DNA from: Ignavibacteria bacterium
Lineage (GTDB): Bacteria; Bacteroidota; Ignavibacteria; Tepidaquicellales; Tepidaquicellaceae
Direction of reading: 5' to 3'
Assembly: GCA_015657505.1 (NCBI GenBank)
Contig: JADLKE010000002.1
Coordinates: 190,067 to 254,066, forward strand
Length of the DNA stretch: 64,000 bases
The notes beneath the pieces were generated by a model, which saw only the letters and a program-made list of their open reading frames with translations, was not told the DNA's origin and did not search any database. Below, one piece after another: positions 44,353-53,848 of this stretch. The translations under genes and the position numbers were made by a program. Position 1 is the first letter of the stretch. Every line of letters starts with the position of its first letter.

Positions 44353-46185
44353 ATGTATAAAATTTTTATTATAACGTGCCTGATATTAATTCAGGCGGGA
44401 TATGCTTCAGCGCAAAACGGCATCGAAAATGTCAGAAACAAAGACATTACAGGCAAAGAAGTATATGAGCACGTGAAATACCTCGCATCAGATGAACTCG
44501 GAGGTCGTTATCCGGGCACGCAGGGCGACGTTCTTGCTAGGCAATATATTAGCAAGGAATTTCAAAAATACGGACTCAAACCTGAAGGCGACAGCGCTTT
44601 CATACAAAGGTTCGATATGTATAACGGAGTCAAAGAAGGAAGCAACAACTCGCTGTCATTCTTCGTGCCAAAAGGACGTATAGACGCCATTCCGGAAGTA
44701 TTCACCCCTCTTTCCATTTCGGTCAACGGAACCGCGGAGGGTAAAATGGTTTTCGCGGGTTACGGAATTAAATCCGATAACCTGAATTACAACGACTTTC
44801 TTGACGCGAACGGTAACGCCGTAAACGTGGAAGGTAAGGTGGTTGTAATTATGCGTTACTCGCCTACTTATCTCAATCCGAACGATGATAAGTTTTCAAC
44901 ATTTGAAACTTTGCGGGCGAAATTGTCTATACTTAAAGATTTAAAACCCGCGGGGGTAATAGTTATTAATCCTCCGGACACATCATCTAATGACGACGAA
45001 CTGATGATTTTGGGAAATGAAATGGTAAAGCAGGATTTCGGTATTCCTGTGATAAACGCAAAACGCTCCGCAATCGAATCGATGATGAAAGACTTCGGAT
45101 ATGATTTGAATAAAATAAGCAGCAGTATCAATTCAACGTTAAAGCCAAACTGCATAGAGTTCAACGACATTACGGTGAATTTCTCCGTAGAACTTCAGGA
45201 CGATTACGAGAAGACAGGAAACGTGATAGGTCTGCTTGAAGGCTCGGACCCGGTGCTGAAAAATGAAGTTATTGTTGTAGGCGCGCATTTCGACCATCTC
45301 GGGCTCGGCGGCTCTAATTCCATGTACAGCGGGAAGGAAAAACTGATTCATTACGGCGCGGACGATAACGCGTCAGGCACCGCGGGCGTTCTTGAACTCG
45401 CGCAGAAACTATCGTCTGAAAAAAAGAACGTCAAGCGCAGCGTGCTTTTCCTCTGTTTCACGGGAGAGGAAGAGGGCTTGATAGGCTCTTCATATTTCAC
45501 GAAATCCGAGAAGTTCAAGGAGTTCAATATCATAGCAATGATAAACATGGACATGATAGGAAGACTTAAGGACGACAAATTGATTCTTAACGGCACAGGC
45601 ACTTCGTCGTACTGGATTCCGGAAATCGAAAAACTGAACAAGTCTTACTCGTTTTCTTTGTCTATGAATCCTGACGGATTCGGTCCGTCGGATCATTCCT
45701 CTTTCTACGGCAAGAACGTACCCGTACTGATGTTCTTCACTGACCTTCACGGAGATTACCATAAGCCTTCCGATACCTACGACAAGATAAACACGGAAGG
45801 CGAAGCAAAGGTTTTAAGATTGGTTTATGATTTGACTTACGGAATCGCGAACTCTCCCGTCAAACCCGAATTCACCAAAGTCGTGAAGAAGGAAGAAGAC
45901 AACAAGACCGAAAGGAAATCCGTAAGAGTTTATGTTGGCACTGTTCCCGACTTTTCGTACAACGGCGACGGGTTTAAGATTTCCGGTGTGCAGGCGGGAA
46001 GCCCAGCCGAGAAATACGGTCTGATGGCGGGAGACGTGATGATAAAATTCGGTGAGAAGGAAATTAAAAACATATATGATTACACGGCGGCTCTGGGAGA
46101 ATACAAGCCCGGGCAGGAAGTCGATGTAACTGTAAGAAGAGACGATAAGGAAGTTACCGTCAGGGTAACTCTCGGTAAGAAATAA
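44353..46185 (+). CDS. M28-family aminopeptidase with PA domain and C-terminal PDZ domain
   Basis: 610 aa with a signal peptide, VGAHFDHLG, GADDNASGTAGVLE, FTGEEEGLIGS, NMDMIGR and the PDZ-like GFKISGVQAGSPAEKYGLMAGDVMIKFG. Confidence 0.85.
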   Translation: MYKIFIITCLILIQAGYASAQNGIENVRNKDITGKEVYEHVKYLASDELGGRYPGTQGDVLARQYISKEFQKYGLKPEGDSAFIQRFDMYNGVKEGSNNSLSFFVPKGRIDAIPEVFTPLSISVNGTAEGKMVFAGYGIKSDNLNYNDFLDANGNAVNVEGKVVVIMRYSPTYLNPNDDKFSTFETLRAKLSILKDLKPAGVIVINPPDTSSNDDELMILGNEMVKQDFGIPVINAKRSAIESMMKDFGYDLNKISSSINSTLKPNCIEFNDITVNFSVELQDDYEKTGNVIGLLEGSDPVLKNEVIVVGAHFDHLGLGGSNSMYSGKEKLIHYGADDNASGTAGVLELAQKLSSEKKNVKRSVLFLCFTGEEEGLIGSSYFTKSEKFKEFNIIAMINMDMIGRLKDDKLILNGTGTSSYWIPEIEKLNKSYSFSLSMNPDGFGPSDHSSFYGKNVPVLMFFTDLHGDYHKPSDTYDKINTEGEAKVLRLVYDLTYGIANSPVKPEFTKVVKKEEDNKTERKSVRVYVGTVPDFSYNGDGFKISGVQAGSPAEKYGLMAGDVMIKFGEKEIKNIYDYTAALGEYKPGQEVDVTVRRDDKEVTVRVTLGKK

Positions 46186-46223
46186 TATTTTCAAGTAATA
46201 TAAAGTTTAATCCCGGAGGATTG

Positions 46224-46763
46224 ATGAAAAACTTTTTTGCATTCTTTATTTTTCTGTTGCTGGTCAGCGGCTGCATGACAGGCTCCATAGACTACACGAC
46301 GCAGGACGTATTCAATGAAAGCGCGCTCGGAACCATCAAGAACTGGACAATGCAGTACGATACAATTAACGGCAGGATTCTTACGAGCGACCTGCTCGGC
46401 GGGTCGACGGAGACAAAATTCCCCGATTCGACAAGCCCTGAAGAACTGCTCGACGAACCGCCGAAAATTGCCGAAGAGAGAGGCCGGAAACTTGCCGGTA
46501 TGATAAGGTCCGGCATGACTTCGAAGATTTCCGATACAGGGGAAGGCGTAATCAAGATTTCGAGACCTTATTTCAAGGACAAATTCATTTTACACACAAA
46601 GGTGACGTTTCTTGACAACGCCAACAATAAGATTGCCGAAATGGATTTATTCAACAGATGCGAATTTGACGGGCAGAAAACCACTATGGCGAATAACGCG
46701 ATGCACGATCTAGATTACGCGAGATACTGCGCGTTCAAAATTCACGAACTTATCGGGAAATAG
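46224..46763 (+). CDS. lipoprotein, unknown function
   Basis: Lipobox LLLVSGC with a GGAGGA Shine-Dalgarno site upstream. No family recognised. Confidence 0.5.
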   Translation: MKNFFAFFIFLLLVSGCMTGSIDYTTQDVFNESALGTIKNWTMQYDTINGRILTSDLLGGSTETKFPDSTSPEELLDEPPKIAEERGRKLAGMIRSGMTSKISDTGEGVIKISRPYFKDKFILHTKVTFLDNANNKIAEMDLFNRCEFDGQKTTMANNAMHDLDYARYCAFKIHELIGK

Positions 46764-46780
46764 ATTTAATTCGTAATAAA

Positions 46781-46808
46781 TTAATAAGCCCCGAACGGGG
46801 CTTATTAA
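46781..46808. terminator. bidirectional terminator between convergent genes
   Basis: TTAATAAGCCCC-GAAC-GGGGCTTATTAA is a perfect 12-bp palindrome with A/T-rich flanks. Confidence 0.8.
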
Positions 46809-46859
46809 TTCTAATCTCTGAATGAAATTTTCTTGAAGAACTTTTCCCGGTAGGTAATG

Positions 46860-48149
46860 CTATCTTAGCGAATGCACTTTATTCAAGACGGGAACATCAA
46901 TTTCATCTTTGGGTATTCTTTTTACGAATTCCTCTCTGAATTTTTTCACGGTCCATTTAACCGGCCAGGCGGCGGCGTCACCGAGCGCGCAGATTGTATT
47001 GCCCTCAATGTTTTGAGCAACCGATGTGAGCAGTTCGAGATCGTTAAGCCTTCCCTTGCCGTCATCAATTCTTTTCAGAACTCTCAAAAGCCATCCGGTC
47101 CCTTCCCTGCAGGGCGTGCATTGTCCGCAGGATTCGTGATAATAAAATTTCGCGATTCTTATTAGTACTTTAAGAATATCCGTATCCTCGTCCATAACCA
47201 TTACGCCTGCCGTTCCTATCGAAGAACCGAATTCCTTGAGACTTTCATTGTCCATGTTCGCTTTCAGGCATTCCTCTTTCGTGAGAGGCGGCATCGATGA
47301 GCCGCCGGGTATAACCATTTTGATTTCTTTGCCGCCGGTAATTCCGCCGCAGTAATCTTCGATTATTTTCATAAGCGGCGTGCCTGTCGGAAGTTCATAG
47401 ACTCCCGGTTTGTTCACGTGACCGCTCACCCCGAACAGGAGCGTGCCGGGATGTTTCGGCGCGCCTATTTTCGAGAACCACTCTGCTCCGTTCTTGATTA
47501 TTTCGGGAACGTTCGCGAGAGTTTCGATATTGTTTATAGTCGTCGGGCATCCCCACAGTCCGTTAGCCGCGGGAAACGGAGGCTTGACTCTCGGATAGCC
47601 GCGCTTGCCTTCGATTGAATTCATAAGCGCCGATTCTTCGCCGCAGATGTAAGCTCCCGCTCCGCGGTGAATGTAAACATCGGTTGAAAAATCTGTGCCG
47701 AGTATGTTTTTCCCTATGTACCCTTTTTTATAAGCATCGTCAATCGCAGCCTGAAGCAGATTTATCCATTTGTAATACTCGCCTCTTATGTAAACGTATG
47801 CGGATTTTATTCCCATCGCGTAACAAGCAAGAAGAACTCCTTCGATAAACTGGTGCGGATTTTTCTCAAATATTTCCCTGTCCTTGAAACTTCCTGGTTC
47901 CGACTCATCGCCGTTACAGCACAGGTATTTAGGCTTGTCGCTGTTCTTGGGCATGAATGTCCACTTAAGACCCGTCGGAAAACAGGCGCCGCCCCTGCCT
48001 CTGAGGTTTGAGTTCTTCACCTCGTTAGTTACTTCATCGGGGCTCATTTCTTTCAAAGCCTTCCTGAATGCGGAATAACCGCCGTTCGACTCGTAAACAC
48101 CTATCCTGTGTAAATCGGGTATATCTTTTAAAATTATTTTCATTTTCAT
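46860..48149 (-). CDS. nuoF: NADH-quinone oxidoreductase subunit F
   Basis: 429 aa with GRGGACFPTG (FMN site), GAGAYICGEESAL and ESCGQCTPCREG (4Fe-4S). Confidence 0.96.
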   Translation of the reverse strand: MKMKIILKDIPDLHRIGVYESNGGYSAFRKALKEMSPDEVTNEVKNSNLRGRGGACFPTGLKWTFMPKNSDKPKYLCCNGDESEPGSFKDREIFEKNPHQFIEGVLLACYAMGIKSAYVYIRGEYYKWINLLQAAIDDAYKKGYIGKNILGTDFSTDVYIHRGAGAYICGEESALMNSIEGKRGYPRVKPPFPAANGLWGCPTTINNIETLANVPEIIKNGAEWFSKIGAPKHPGTLLFGVSGHVNKPGVYELPTGTPLMKIIEDYCGGITGGKEIKMVIPGGSSMPPLTKEECLKANMDNESLKEFGSSIGTAGVMVMDEDTDILKVLIRIAKFYYHESCGQCTPCREGTGWLLRVLKRIDDGKGRLNDLELLTSVAQNIEGNTICALGDAAAWPVKWTVKKFREEFVKRIPKDEIDVPVLNKVHSLR

Positions 48150-48165
48150 TTCTTGTTTTATTATT

Positions 48166-48193
48166 CACCACAGAGAACACAGAGTACACAGAG
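48166..48193. repeat. inverted repeat, left copy
   Basis: CACCACAGAGAACACAGAGTACACAGAG, with a 9-nt CACAGAGNN periodicity. Confidence 0.85.
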
Positions 48194-48194
48194 A

Positions 48195-48566
48195 TTACAC
48201 GACTCTTCTTTTTATTCCATCCGTCAATATCTTTGTGTTGAAATTTATTAATAGCCCTGTTCTGATATTTGCTAGTTTTAAATATGATATTAACTGGGCC
48301 TCATGAATCGGCATCAAGGATTCCACTGATTTTATTTCAACGATAACATCCTTATTTACAAGTACATCCAATCTGTAACCGCAATCTAATTTAACTTCCT
48401 TATAAACCAAAGGTATCGGTTTTTGCCGTTCAACTATAAATCCTGCCTGAATCAATTCATAACACAGGCATTCCTCATAAGCACTTTCAAGTAAACCAGG
48501 TCCCAATGCTTTATGAACATTAATCGCACAACCGATTATCTTTTCAGTTAATGGATCCGTGTCCAT
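48195..48566 (-). CDS. GxxExxY family protein (PD-(D/E)XK-like)
   Basis: 123 aa with IIGCAINVHKALGPGLLESAYEECLCYEL...YRLDVLVNKDVIVEIKSV...PIHEAQLISYLKL...GLLINF, the classic family pattern. Confidence 0.9.
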   Translation of the reverse strand: MDTDPLTEKIIGCAINVHKALGPGLLESAYEECLCYELIQAGFIVERQKPIPLVYKEVKLDCGYRLDVLVNKDVIVEIKSVESLMPIHEAQLISYLKLANIRTGLLINFNTKILTDGIKRRVV

Positions 48567-48587
48567 ATTTCTGCTCTTTATATAAAT

Positions 48588-49103
48588 TTAGTTTTTCTCT
48601 GTGGTCTCTGTGTTCTCTGTGGTGATACTTTTTCCGAATTTTTTCAGCAAATTATCGATTATGACAGTATCAAGGTTTTCGTAATATTCCTTGTTGTTCA
48701 CCTGCATCATCGGCGCAGTCGCGCAGGAGCCGAGGCATTCTACTTCTTCAATCGTGAACATTCCGTCTGCAGTCGTTTCGTTGTTTTTTATTCCGAGTTT
48801 CTCCGATACGTAATTATACAGTTCATACCCGCCCCTCAGCATGCAGGAAACGTTCGTGCATATCTGCAGGTGATATTTTCCTCTCGGCTGGTTGTTGAAC
48901 ATCGTATAAAACGACACAACACCGAGAATGTGCTCATAAGGAACGCCGAGCAAATCACCCGCATATTTCATCGAGTCCGGCGAAATCCATCCTTCCTTTT
49001 CCTGAACCATCCAGAGCACTGGAAGCAGCGCCGCGCGGGCATCGGGGTAATGCGACTTGATCTCTTCTATTCTTTTTAATTCTTCTTCGTTGAATAACTG
49101 CAT
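48588..49103 (-). CDS. nuoE: NADH-quinone oxidoreductase subunit E
   Basis: 171 aa with the 2Fe-2S ligands CTNVSC...CLGSC. The C-terminal ...TTENTETTEKN is encoded by the repeat. Confidence 0.93.
   Translation of the reverse strand: MQLFNEEELKRIEEIKSHYPDARAALLPVLWMVQEKEGWISPDSMKYAGDLLGVPYEHILGVVSFYTMFNNQPRGKYHLQICTNVSCMLRGGYELYNYVSEKLGIKNNETTADGMFTIEEVECLGSCATAPMMQVNNKEYYENLDTVIIDNLLKKFGKSITTENTETTEKN
48597..48624. repeat. inverted repeat, right copy (inside the 3' end of nuoE)
   Basis: CTCTGTGGTCTCTGTGTTCTCTGTGGTG is the reverse complement of the left copy with 2 mismatches. Confidence 0.85.
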
Positions 49104-49127
49104 TCGGATTAATAATATGTTTTCAAA

Positions 49128-50405
49128 TTATTTGTCGGCTTCTCCCATAACGGGATCAATTCCGCCGATTATAACGACTGAATCGGAAATAAGACTGTCT
49201 TTAAGCATAACGGGAATTGCCTGAAGATTGCAGAATGACGGCGAGTGTATCTTTGTCCTGAAAGGCTTGCCGCTGCCGTCGCTTACTATATAAAAACCAA
49301 GTTCGCCTTTTGACGATTCAACGGCGCTGTACGACTCTCCGACAGGCGGATTCTGCCCGAAATTAATCAGCATGAAATCGTATATCAATTCTTCCATTTT
49401 TGTGTATATCTTTTCCTTGCGTGGAAGAGATTTCTTCGGCGATAAAGCGTTCACGGGTCCCTTCGGCATTTTTTCAATGCACTGCCTTATTATTTTTGCG
49501 GACTGGTACATTTCCTCGAACCTAATCCAGAACCTTGCGAGACTGTCGCTTTCGGTTGTCGTCGGCACGTCAAAATCAACTTTATCATACGCGAGATACG
49601 GACTGTCTTTTCTTAAATCGCAATCGACACCTGCCGCGCGAAGTATCGGTCCCGTAATCCCGTAATTAATCACGTCTTCCTTCGACATGTATCCGATTCC
49701 CTCAAGCCTGTCGACGAATACCCTGTTCCTCTCTATGATATCCCGCATCTCTTTCAGATAACCCGGGAACTCGTCCGTGAACTTATGAATCGCGGCGATT
49801 GCCTCGTCCGTGATGTCCTGAGCCACTCCTCCGATTCTCGAATAAGAAGTCGTGAATCTGACGCCGATATACATGTCATAAATATCGAGTATTTTTTCCC
49901 TTTCGCGCATTGCCCATAAGAAAGGCGTCAGCCCTCCAGTGTCCATCACGGTCGTACCGTACGCGATCAAGTGCGATTGTATTCTGCCGAGTTCGGCCGA
50001 GAGAGTCCTGAGATACTTTGACCTTTCGGGAATCTCGAGATTCAGAAGTTTTTCCACTGCGAGTGTGTACGCGATGTTATTAGCGACGGGCTGAAGATAA
50101 TCAAGCCTGTCGGTATGCGGAATGAACTCGTGATACGACATGTTCTCCGCGAGTTTCTCATAACCCCTGTGAAGATACCCGAGGTCGGGAACCGCCTTCT
50201 TTATGGTTTCCCCGTCGAGACTCAGCAGCAGCCTTAAGACTCCGTGTGTAGCGGGATGCTGCGGTCCCATGTTAAGCACCATTTCATTCTCAAGCGCATC
50301 ATTAAATTCAAGGCTCAAATCCTGTGACTCAAGCGCTTCCAGAATTTTTGATTTTGGAATGCTCGGGTCGTTTTTCTTCAGTTTTTCGTATACGGTGTGA
50401 GGCAT
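49128..50405 (-). CDS. nuoD: NADH-quinone oxidoreductase subunit D
   Basis: 425 aa with NMGPQHPATHGVLRL and a C-terminal DPVMGEADK-type ending. Confidence 0.96.
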   Translation of the reverse strand: MPHTVYEKLKKNDPSIPKSKILEALESQDLSLEFNDALENEMVLNMGPQHPATHGVLRLLLSLDGETIKKAVPDLGYLHRGYEKLAENMSYHEFIPHTDRLDYLQPVANNIAYTLAVEKLLNLEIPERSKYLRTLSAELGRIQSHLIAYGTTVMDTGGLTPFLWAMREREKILDIYDMYIGVRFTTSYSRIGGVAQDITDEAIAAIHKFTDEFPGYLKEMRDIIERNRVFVDRLEGIGYMSKEDVINYGITGPILRAAGVDCDLRKDSPYLAYDKVDFDVPTTTESDSLARFWIRFEEMYQSAKIIRQCIEKMPKGPVNALSPKKSLPRKEKIYTKMEELIYDFMLINFGQNPPVGESYSAVESSKGELGFYIVSDGSGKPFRTKIHSPSFCNLQAIPVMLKDSLISDSVVIIGGIDPVMGEADK

Positions 50406-50409
50406 AATT

Positions 50410-50895
50410 CTATTTTTTCGGCAAATTAATTGAACCCGGAATTCCCATCAGAGGAAAATCTTTTCTCAAAGGATAATATTCAAACTCTTCGGGCATGTAA
50501 ATTCTTCTTAAGTCGGGATGCCCCGTGAAGACTATTCCAAACATATCATAGGCTTCCCTTTCATACCAGTTAACTGATTTCCACAGGTTCGTCAACGTAG
50601 GAGTTTCCGGTTTCTTATTGTCTTCTATGATGACTTTTACGAAAATCCTGTCCCTGTACTTAAGCGAATACAAACTGTAAATCACTTCGAATCTGTTTTT
50701 CTTCGTAAACCTGTCAACGCCTACCGTGTCCCTGCACTGTTCGAACGAGATTGACCCCTCATTTTTCAGTACTTCACATATTTTCAGAACATTTTCAGGA
50801 GACGCTATGATTCCGGGCGTACCATTGACGTCGTAAAACTCGACACCTAAACCGTTAAGTTTCTCTTTTATAATATTTAATCTCTCTTCGTTCAT
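50410..50895 (-). CDS. nuoC: NADH-quinone oxidoreductase subunit C
   Basis: WYEREAYDMFGIVFTGHPDLRRI motif. I prefer the ATG at 50895 (MNEERL...). The track start 50967 adds a hydrophobic AT-rich leader. Confidence 0.9.
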   Translation of the reverse strand: MNEERLNIIKEKLNGLGVEFYDVNGTPGIIASPENVLKICEVLKNEGSISFEQCRDTVGVDRFTKKNRFEVIYSLYSLKYRDRIFVKVIIEDNKKPETPTLTNLWKSVNWYEREAYDMFGIVFTGHPDLRRIYMPEEFEYYPLRKDFPLMGIPGSINLPKK

Positions 50896-51115
50896 AACGT
50901 AATTTCGTAAAAAATAGGTTATAAGGCGTATAATTGAAATAACAAAATAAGGAAACTGAAAATTCAAAGAGCACAGGAAAATTTGTATTTAATTTTGTTT
51001 TGATTGCGAGTGAATTTCATTGCGATGTTTCCTTATCCGGCATCCGGAAATCACAGATTCATAAAAATAATGGATTTTATTGATTCCAAATTTGTTATCC
51101 GAATAAAGAGGAAAA

Positions 51116-52582
51116 ATGAAAAACACAATAATTTTACTGGCTTTTCTGATGCTGGCGGTTACCGCCTGCGCTCAGAATCCGAACGTGCAGTTAATAGACG
51201 CTTTTCCTGGTCTGACATTCAATAAACCGCTTCATTTCACTCATGCGGGTGACGGCACGAACAGGAATTTCGTCGTTCAGCAGGACGGAAAAATCATCGT
51301 CTTCGCAAACGACTCGAACACCGCGACTTCCAAAGTCTTCCTGAATATTTCGAATAAAATATCATCGTCTTCGGGCGAAGAGGGTTTGCTCGGACTGGCA
51401 TTTCACCCTAACTATCAGTCGAACGGTTATTTTTACGTGAATTACACCGCTCCGTCTCCGCTGCGTACGGTCATTGCAAGGTATAAAGTAAAAACGTCCG
51501 ACCCTGATAAAGCGGACTCTCTCAGCGAATATAAAATACTTGAAATCAATCAGCCGTATTCCAACCATAACGGCGGCACGGTGATGTTTGGTCTCGACGG
51601 TTTTCTTTATATAGGTATGGGTGACGGCGGAAGCGGAGGCGACCCGCAGAACAATGCTCAGAATCTTCAGGTGTTGCTCGGGAAAATGCTTCGCATAAAC
51701 ATTAATGATACGACAGCAACAAAACGATATGTCATACCGAATACAAATCCGTTTTACAACAATCCTTCAGCGGGACGCGAAGAGATATACGCCTGGGGTC
51801 TGAGGAATCCGTGGAAGTTCACGCAGGACGCCGTAACCGGATTGATTTACGTCGGTGACGTCGGGCAGAACAACTGGGAAGAAATCGACATTCTGCAAAA
51901 CGGAAAGAACTACGGTTGGCGGGTTATGGAAGGATTCGCTTGTTATAATCCTTCCTCGGGATGCGATACATCGGGAAAAACACTGCCGATAAAGGTTTAC
52001 GGCCATACAAGCGGCAACTGCTCCGTAACAGGCGGCGCTGTTTACAGGGGCTTACGCAGACCCGAACTAAACGGAGCCTATATATACGGCGATTACTGCT
52101 CGGGCATGGTATGGATGCTTCGATACAATAACGGAACTGTTACTTCGGACTCGCTTCTTGTTCAGAAGAATATCCTGATCAGCGGTATAGGAACGGATAA
52201 AAATAATGAAATGTATTTCATTCACACCGCGGCGACAGGAAAAATCTACAGGTTCAACAAGAGCCCCCTTGCCGGAATTATAAATAATCAGAATCCATCG
52301 CCCGGCAACTTTTATTTGAGTCAGAATTATCCGAATCCGTTCAATCCCGCGACTAAAATAAATTTTTCCGTTCCTAAACGGGTTTTCGTCTCGCTCAATA
52401 TTTATAATTCATCAGGCAAACTTGTAAGGACGCTGGTCAATACTTTTCTTCAGAAAGGAGAGTACGAATTTATCTGGAACGGAACCGACGATTTCAATGC
52501 TCAACAGTCGAGCGGTGTATATTTTTGTAAAATGTCCGCGGAAGATTACGGCGAAACAAAGAAAATGGTGCTGATGAAATAA
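51116..52582 (+). CDS. PQQ-dependent sugar (glucose/sorbosone) dehydrogenase-like beta-propeller with T9SS CTD
   Basis: 488 aa with GLLGLAFHPNY, HNGGTVMFGLDG, GDGGSGGDPQNNAQN, AWGLRNPW and the C-terminal LSQNYPNPFNPATKI...KKMVLMK. Confidence 0.85.
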   Translation: MKNTIILLAFLMLAVTACAQNPNVQLIDAFPGLTFNKPLHFTHAGDGTNRNFVVQQDGKIIVFANDSNTATSKVFLNISNKISSSSGEEGLLGLAFHPNYQSNGYFYVNYTAPSPLRTVIARYKVKTSDPDKADSLSEYKILEINQPYSNHNGGTVMFGLDGFLYIGMGDGGSGGDPQNNAQNLQVLLGKMLRININDTTATKRYVIPNTNPFYNNPSAGREEIYAWGLRNPWKFTQDAVTGLIYVGDVGQNNWEEIDILQNGKNYGWRVMEGFACYNPSSGCDTSGKTLPIKVYGHTSGNCSVTGGAVYRGLRRPELNGAYIYGDYCSGMVWMLRYNNGTVTSDSLLVQKNILISGIGTDKNNEMYFIHTAATGKIYRFNKSPLAGIINNQNPSPGNFYLSQNYPNPFNPATKINFSVPKRVFVSLNIYNSSGKLVRTLVNTFLQKGEYEFIWNGTDDFNAQQSSGVYFCKMSAEDYGETKKMVLMK

Positions 52583-53848
52583 TCAGACGGGAAAAATTCT
52601 CATTCCGAAGTATATTATCGTGAGAGCGATTAGTATTATTACGGTCGACCAGCCAATTATGTTGTTGAACAGTCTGTTCGTGTGATCGCCCATTACTTTC
52701 TTTTTGTTCACTATGAGCATAATCGATACGAGCACTATAGGCAGAAACATTCCGTTAAGAATCTGGGATATGAGTGTAATTTTAATCAGCGGGGCGTTAG
52801 GCATTAGTATTATCGCCATTGAAATTACAAGCATTCCGGTATATAGAATAAAAAATTCCGGCGCCTCTTTCCATTTCTTGTCTATGCCCGCTTCGAAGCC
52901 GAACGCCTCGCAAATGTAGAACGACGCGGCAAGAGGAAGTATAGTAGCCGAAAATATTGACGCTATAAACAGACCGAACGCGAATACCACGGCGGCAAGA
53001 TTGCCTGCAAGAGGCATAAGAGCAAGCGCCGCATCCTTGGCTTCGTTTATTACAACTCCCTGCGGATGCAGCGTCGATGCGCAGGCGACAATTATGAAGA
53101 ACGCCACGACGACGGTTGCAAGGCAGCCGATAATAATGTCGAGAAGTATGTACCTGTAGTTCTCTTTCTTCAATCCTTTTTCGATGACCGATGACTGCAT
53201 GTAAAAAAGCATCCACGGGGCGATTGTCGTACCTATAACTCCTATAACGATTCCTATATAACCCGAATCCACATTTGCTTTCGGGTTTATTATCGAACTT
53301 CCGATTTCGCTCCAGTTTGGATTCCCCATCAGTGCGGATATAATATACATGAAGAGCGCGAGGCTGAATACGATGAACACTCTTTCGGCGATTTTATAAT
53401 TACCCTTTACGACGAGAAACCACACGGCAATTCCCGCCAGCGGAACCGAGATGTACTTGCTGATCCCGAGCACCTCCATGCTGCCCGCAACACCCGCGAA
53501 CTCCGTCGTCGAGTTGCCGATATCGGCAATCAGAAGTCCGAGGAAAATAAAGAAGGTTGTCTTCAAGCCGGAGTTTTCTCTTATGAGGTCGGCAAGTCCC
53601 TTGCCCGTAACCACTCCCATTCTCGCGTTCATTTCCTGAATTACTATCAGAACCACAAAGGCGGGAATGAGCGTCCATATTAGATTGTAGCCGTAAAGCG
53701 CTCCCGCGACTGAATACGTAGTTATGCCGCCTGCGTCGTTGTCCACGCTGCCGGTAATAAGCCCGGGACCGAGTATCGCGAAAAATATCGCGATGTTTCT
53801 GAATAGCGCCCTTCTTCTTGTTCTGAATACTCTCCCGAACATCGTCAC
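52583..53848 (-). CDS. NRAMP-family divalent cation transporter, NRMT-like variant
   Basis: 421 aa with ~11 TM. TM1 reads GPGLITGSVDNDAGG (canonical DPGN replaced by DAGG). TM6 reads GTTIAPWMLFYMQS (canonical MPH replaced by APW). Confidence 0.8.
   Translation of the reverse strand: MTMFGRVFRTRRRALFRNIAIFFAILGPGLITGSVDNDAGGITTYSVAGALYGYNLIWTLIPAFVVLIVIQEMNARMGVVTGKGLADLIRENSGLKTTFFIFLGLLIADIGNSTTEFAGVAGSMEVLGISKYISVPLAGIAVWFLVVKGNYKIAERVFIVFSLALFMYIISALMGNPNWSEIGSSIINPKANVDSGYIGIVIGVIGTTIAPWMLFYMQSSVIEKGLKKENYRYILLDIIIGCLATVVVAFFIIVACASTLHPQGVVINEAKDAALALMPLAGNLAAVVFAFGLFIASIFSATILPLAASFYICEAFGFEAGIDKKWKEAPEFFILYTGMLVISMAIILMPNAPLIKITLISQILNGMFLPIVLVSIMLIVNKKKVMGDHTNRLFNNIIGWSTVIILIALTIIYFGMRIFPV

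Larger units (their letters stand above)
48166..48624 (-). mobile_element. IR-bounded GxxExxY mini-cassette inserted at the nuoE/nuoF junction (putative)
   Basis: 28-bp inverted repeats (26/28 identical) at both ends enclose a single small ORF. Confidence 0.45.

Noticed and set aside
50896-50967. 24-aa N-terminal extension of nuoC in the ORF track.
   Set aside because: The hydrophobic, AT-rich translation (MNFQFPYFVISIIRLITYFLRNYV) is atypical for soluble NuoC. An internal ATG at 50895 gives a plausible start.
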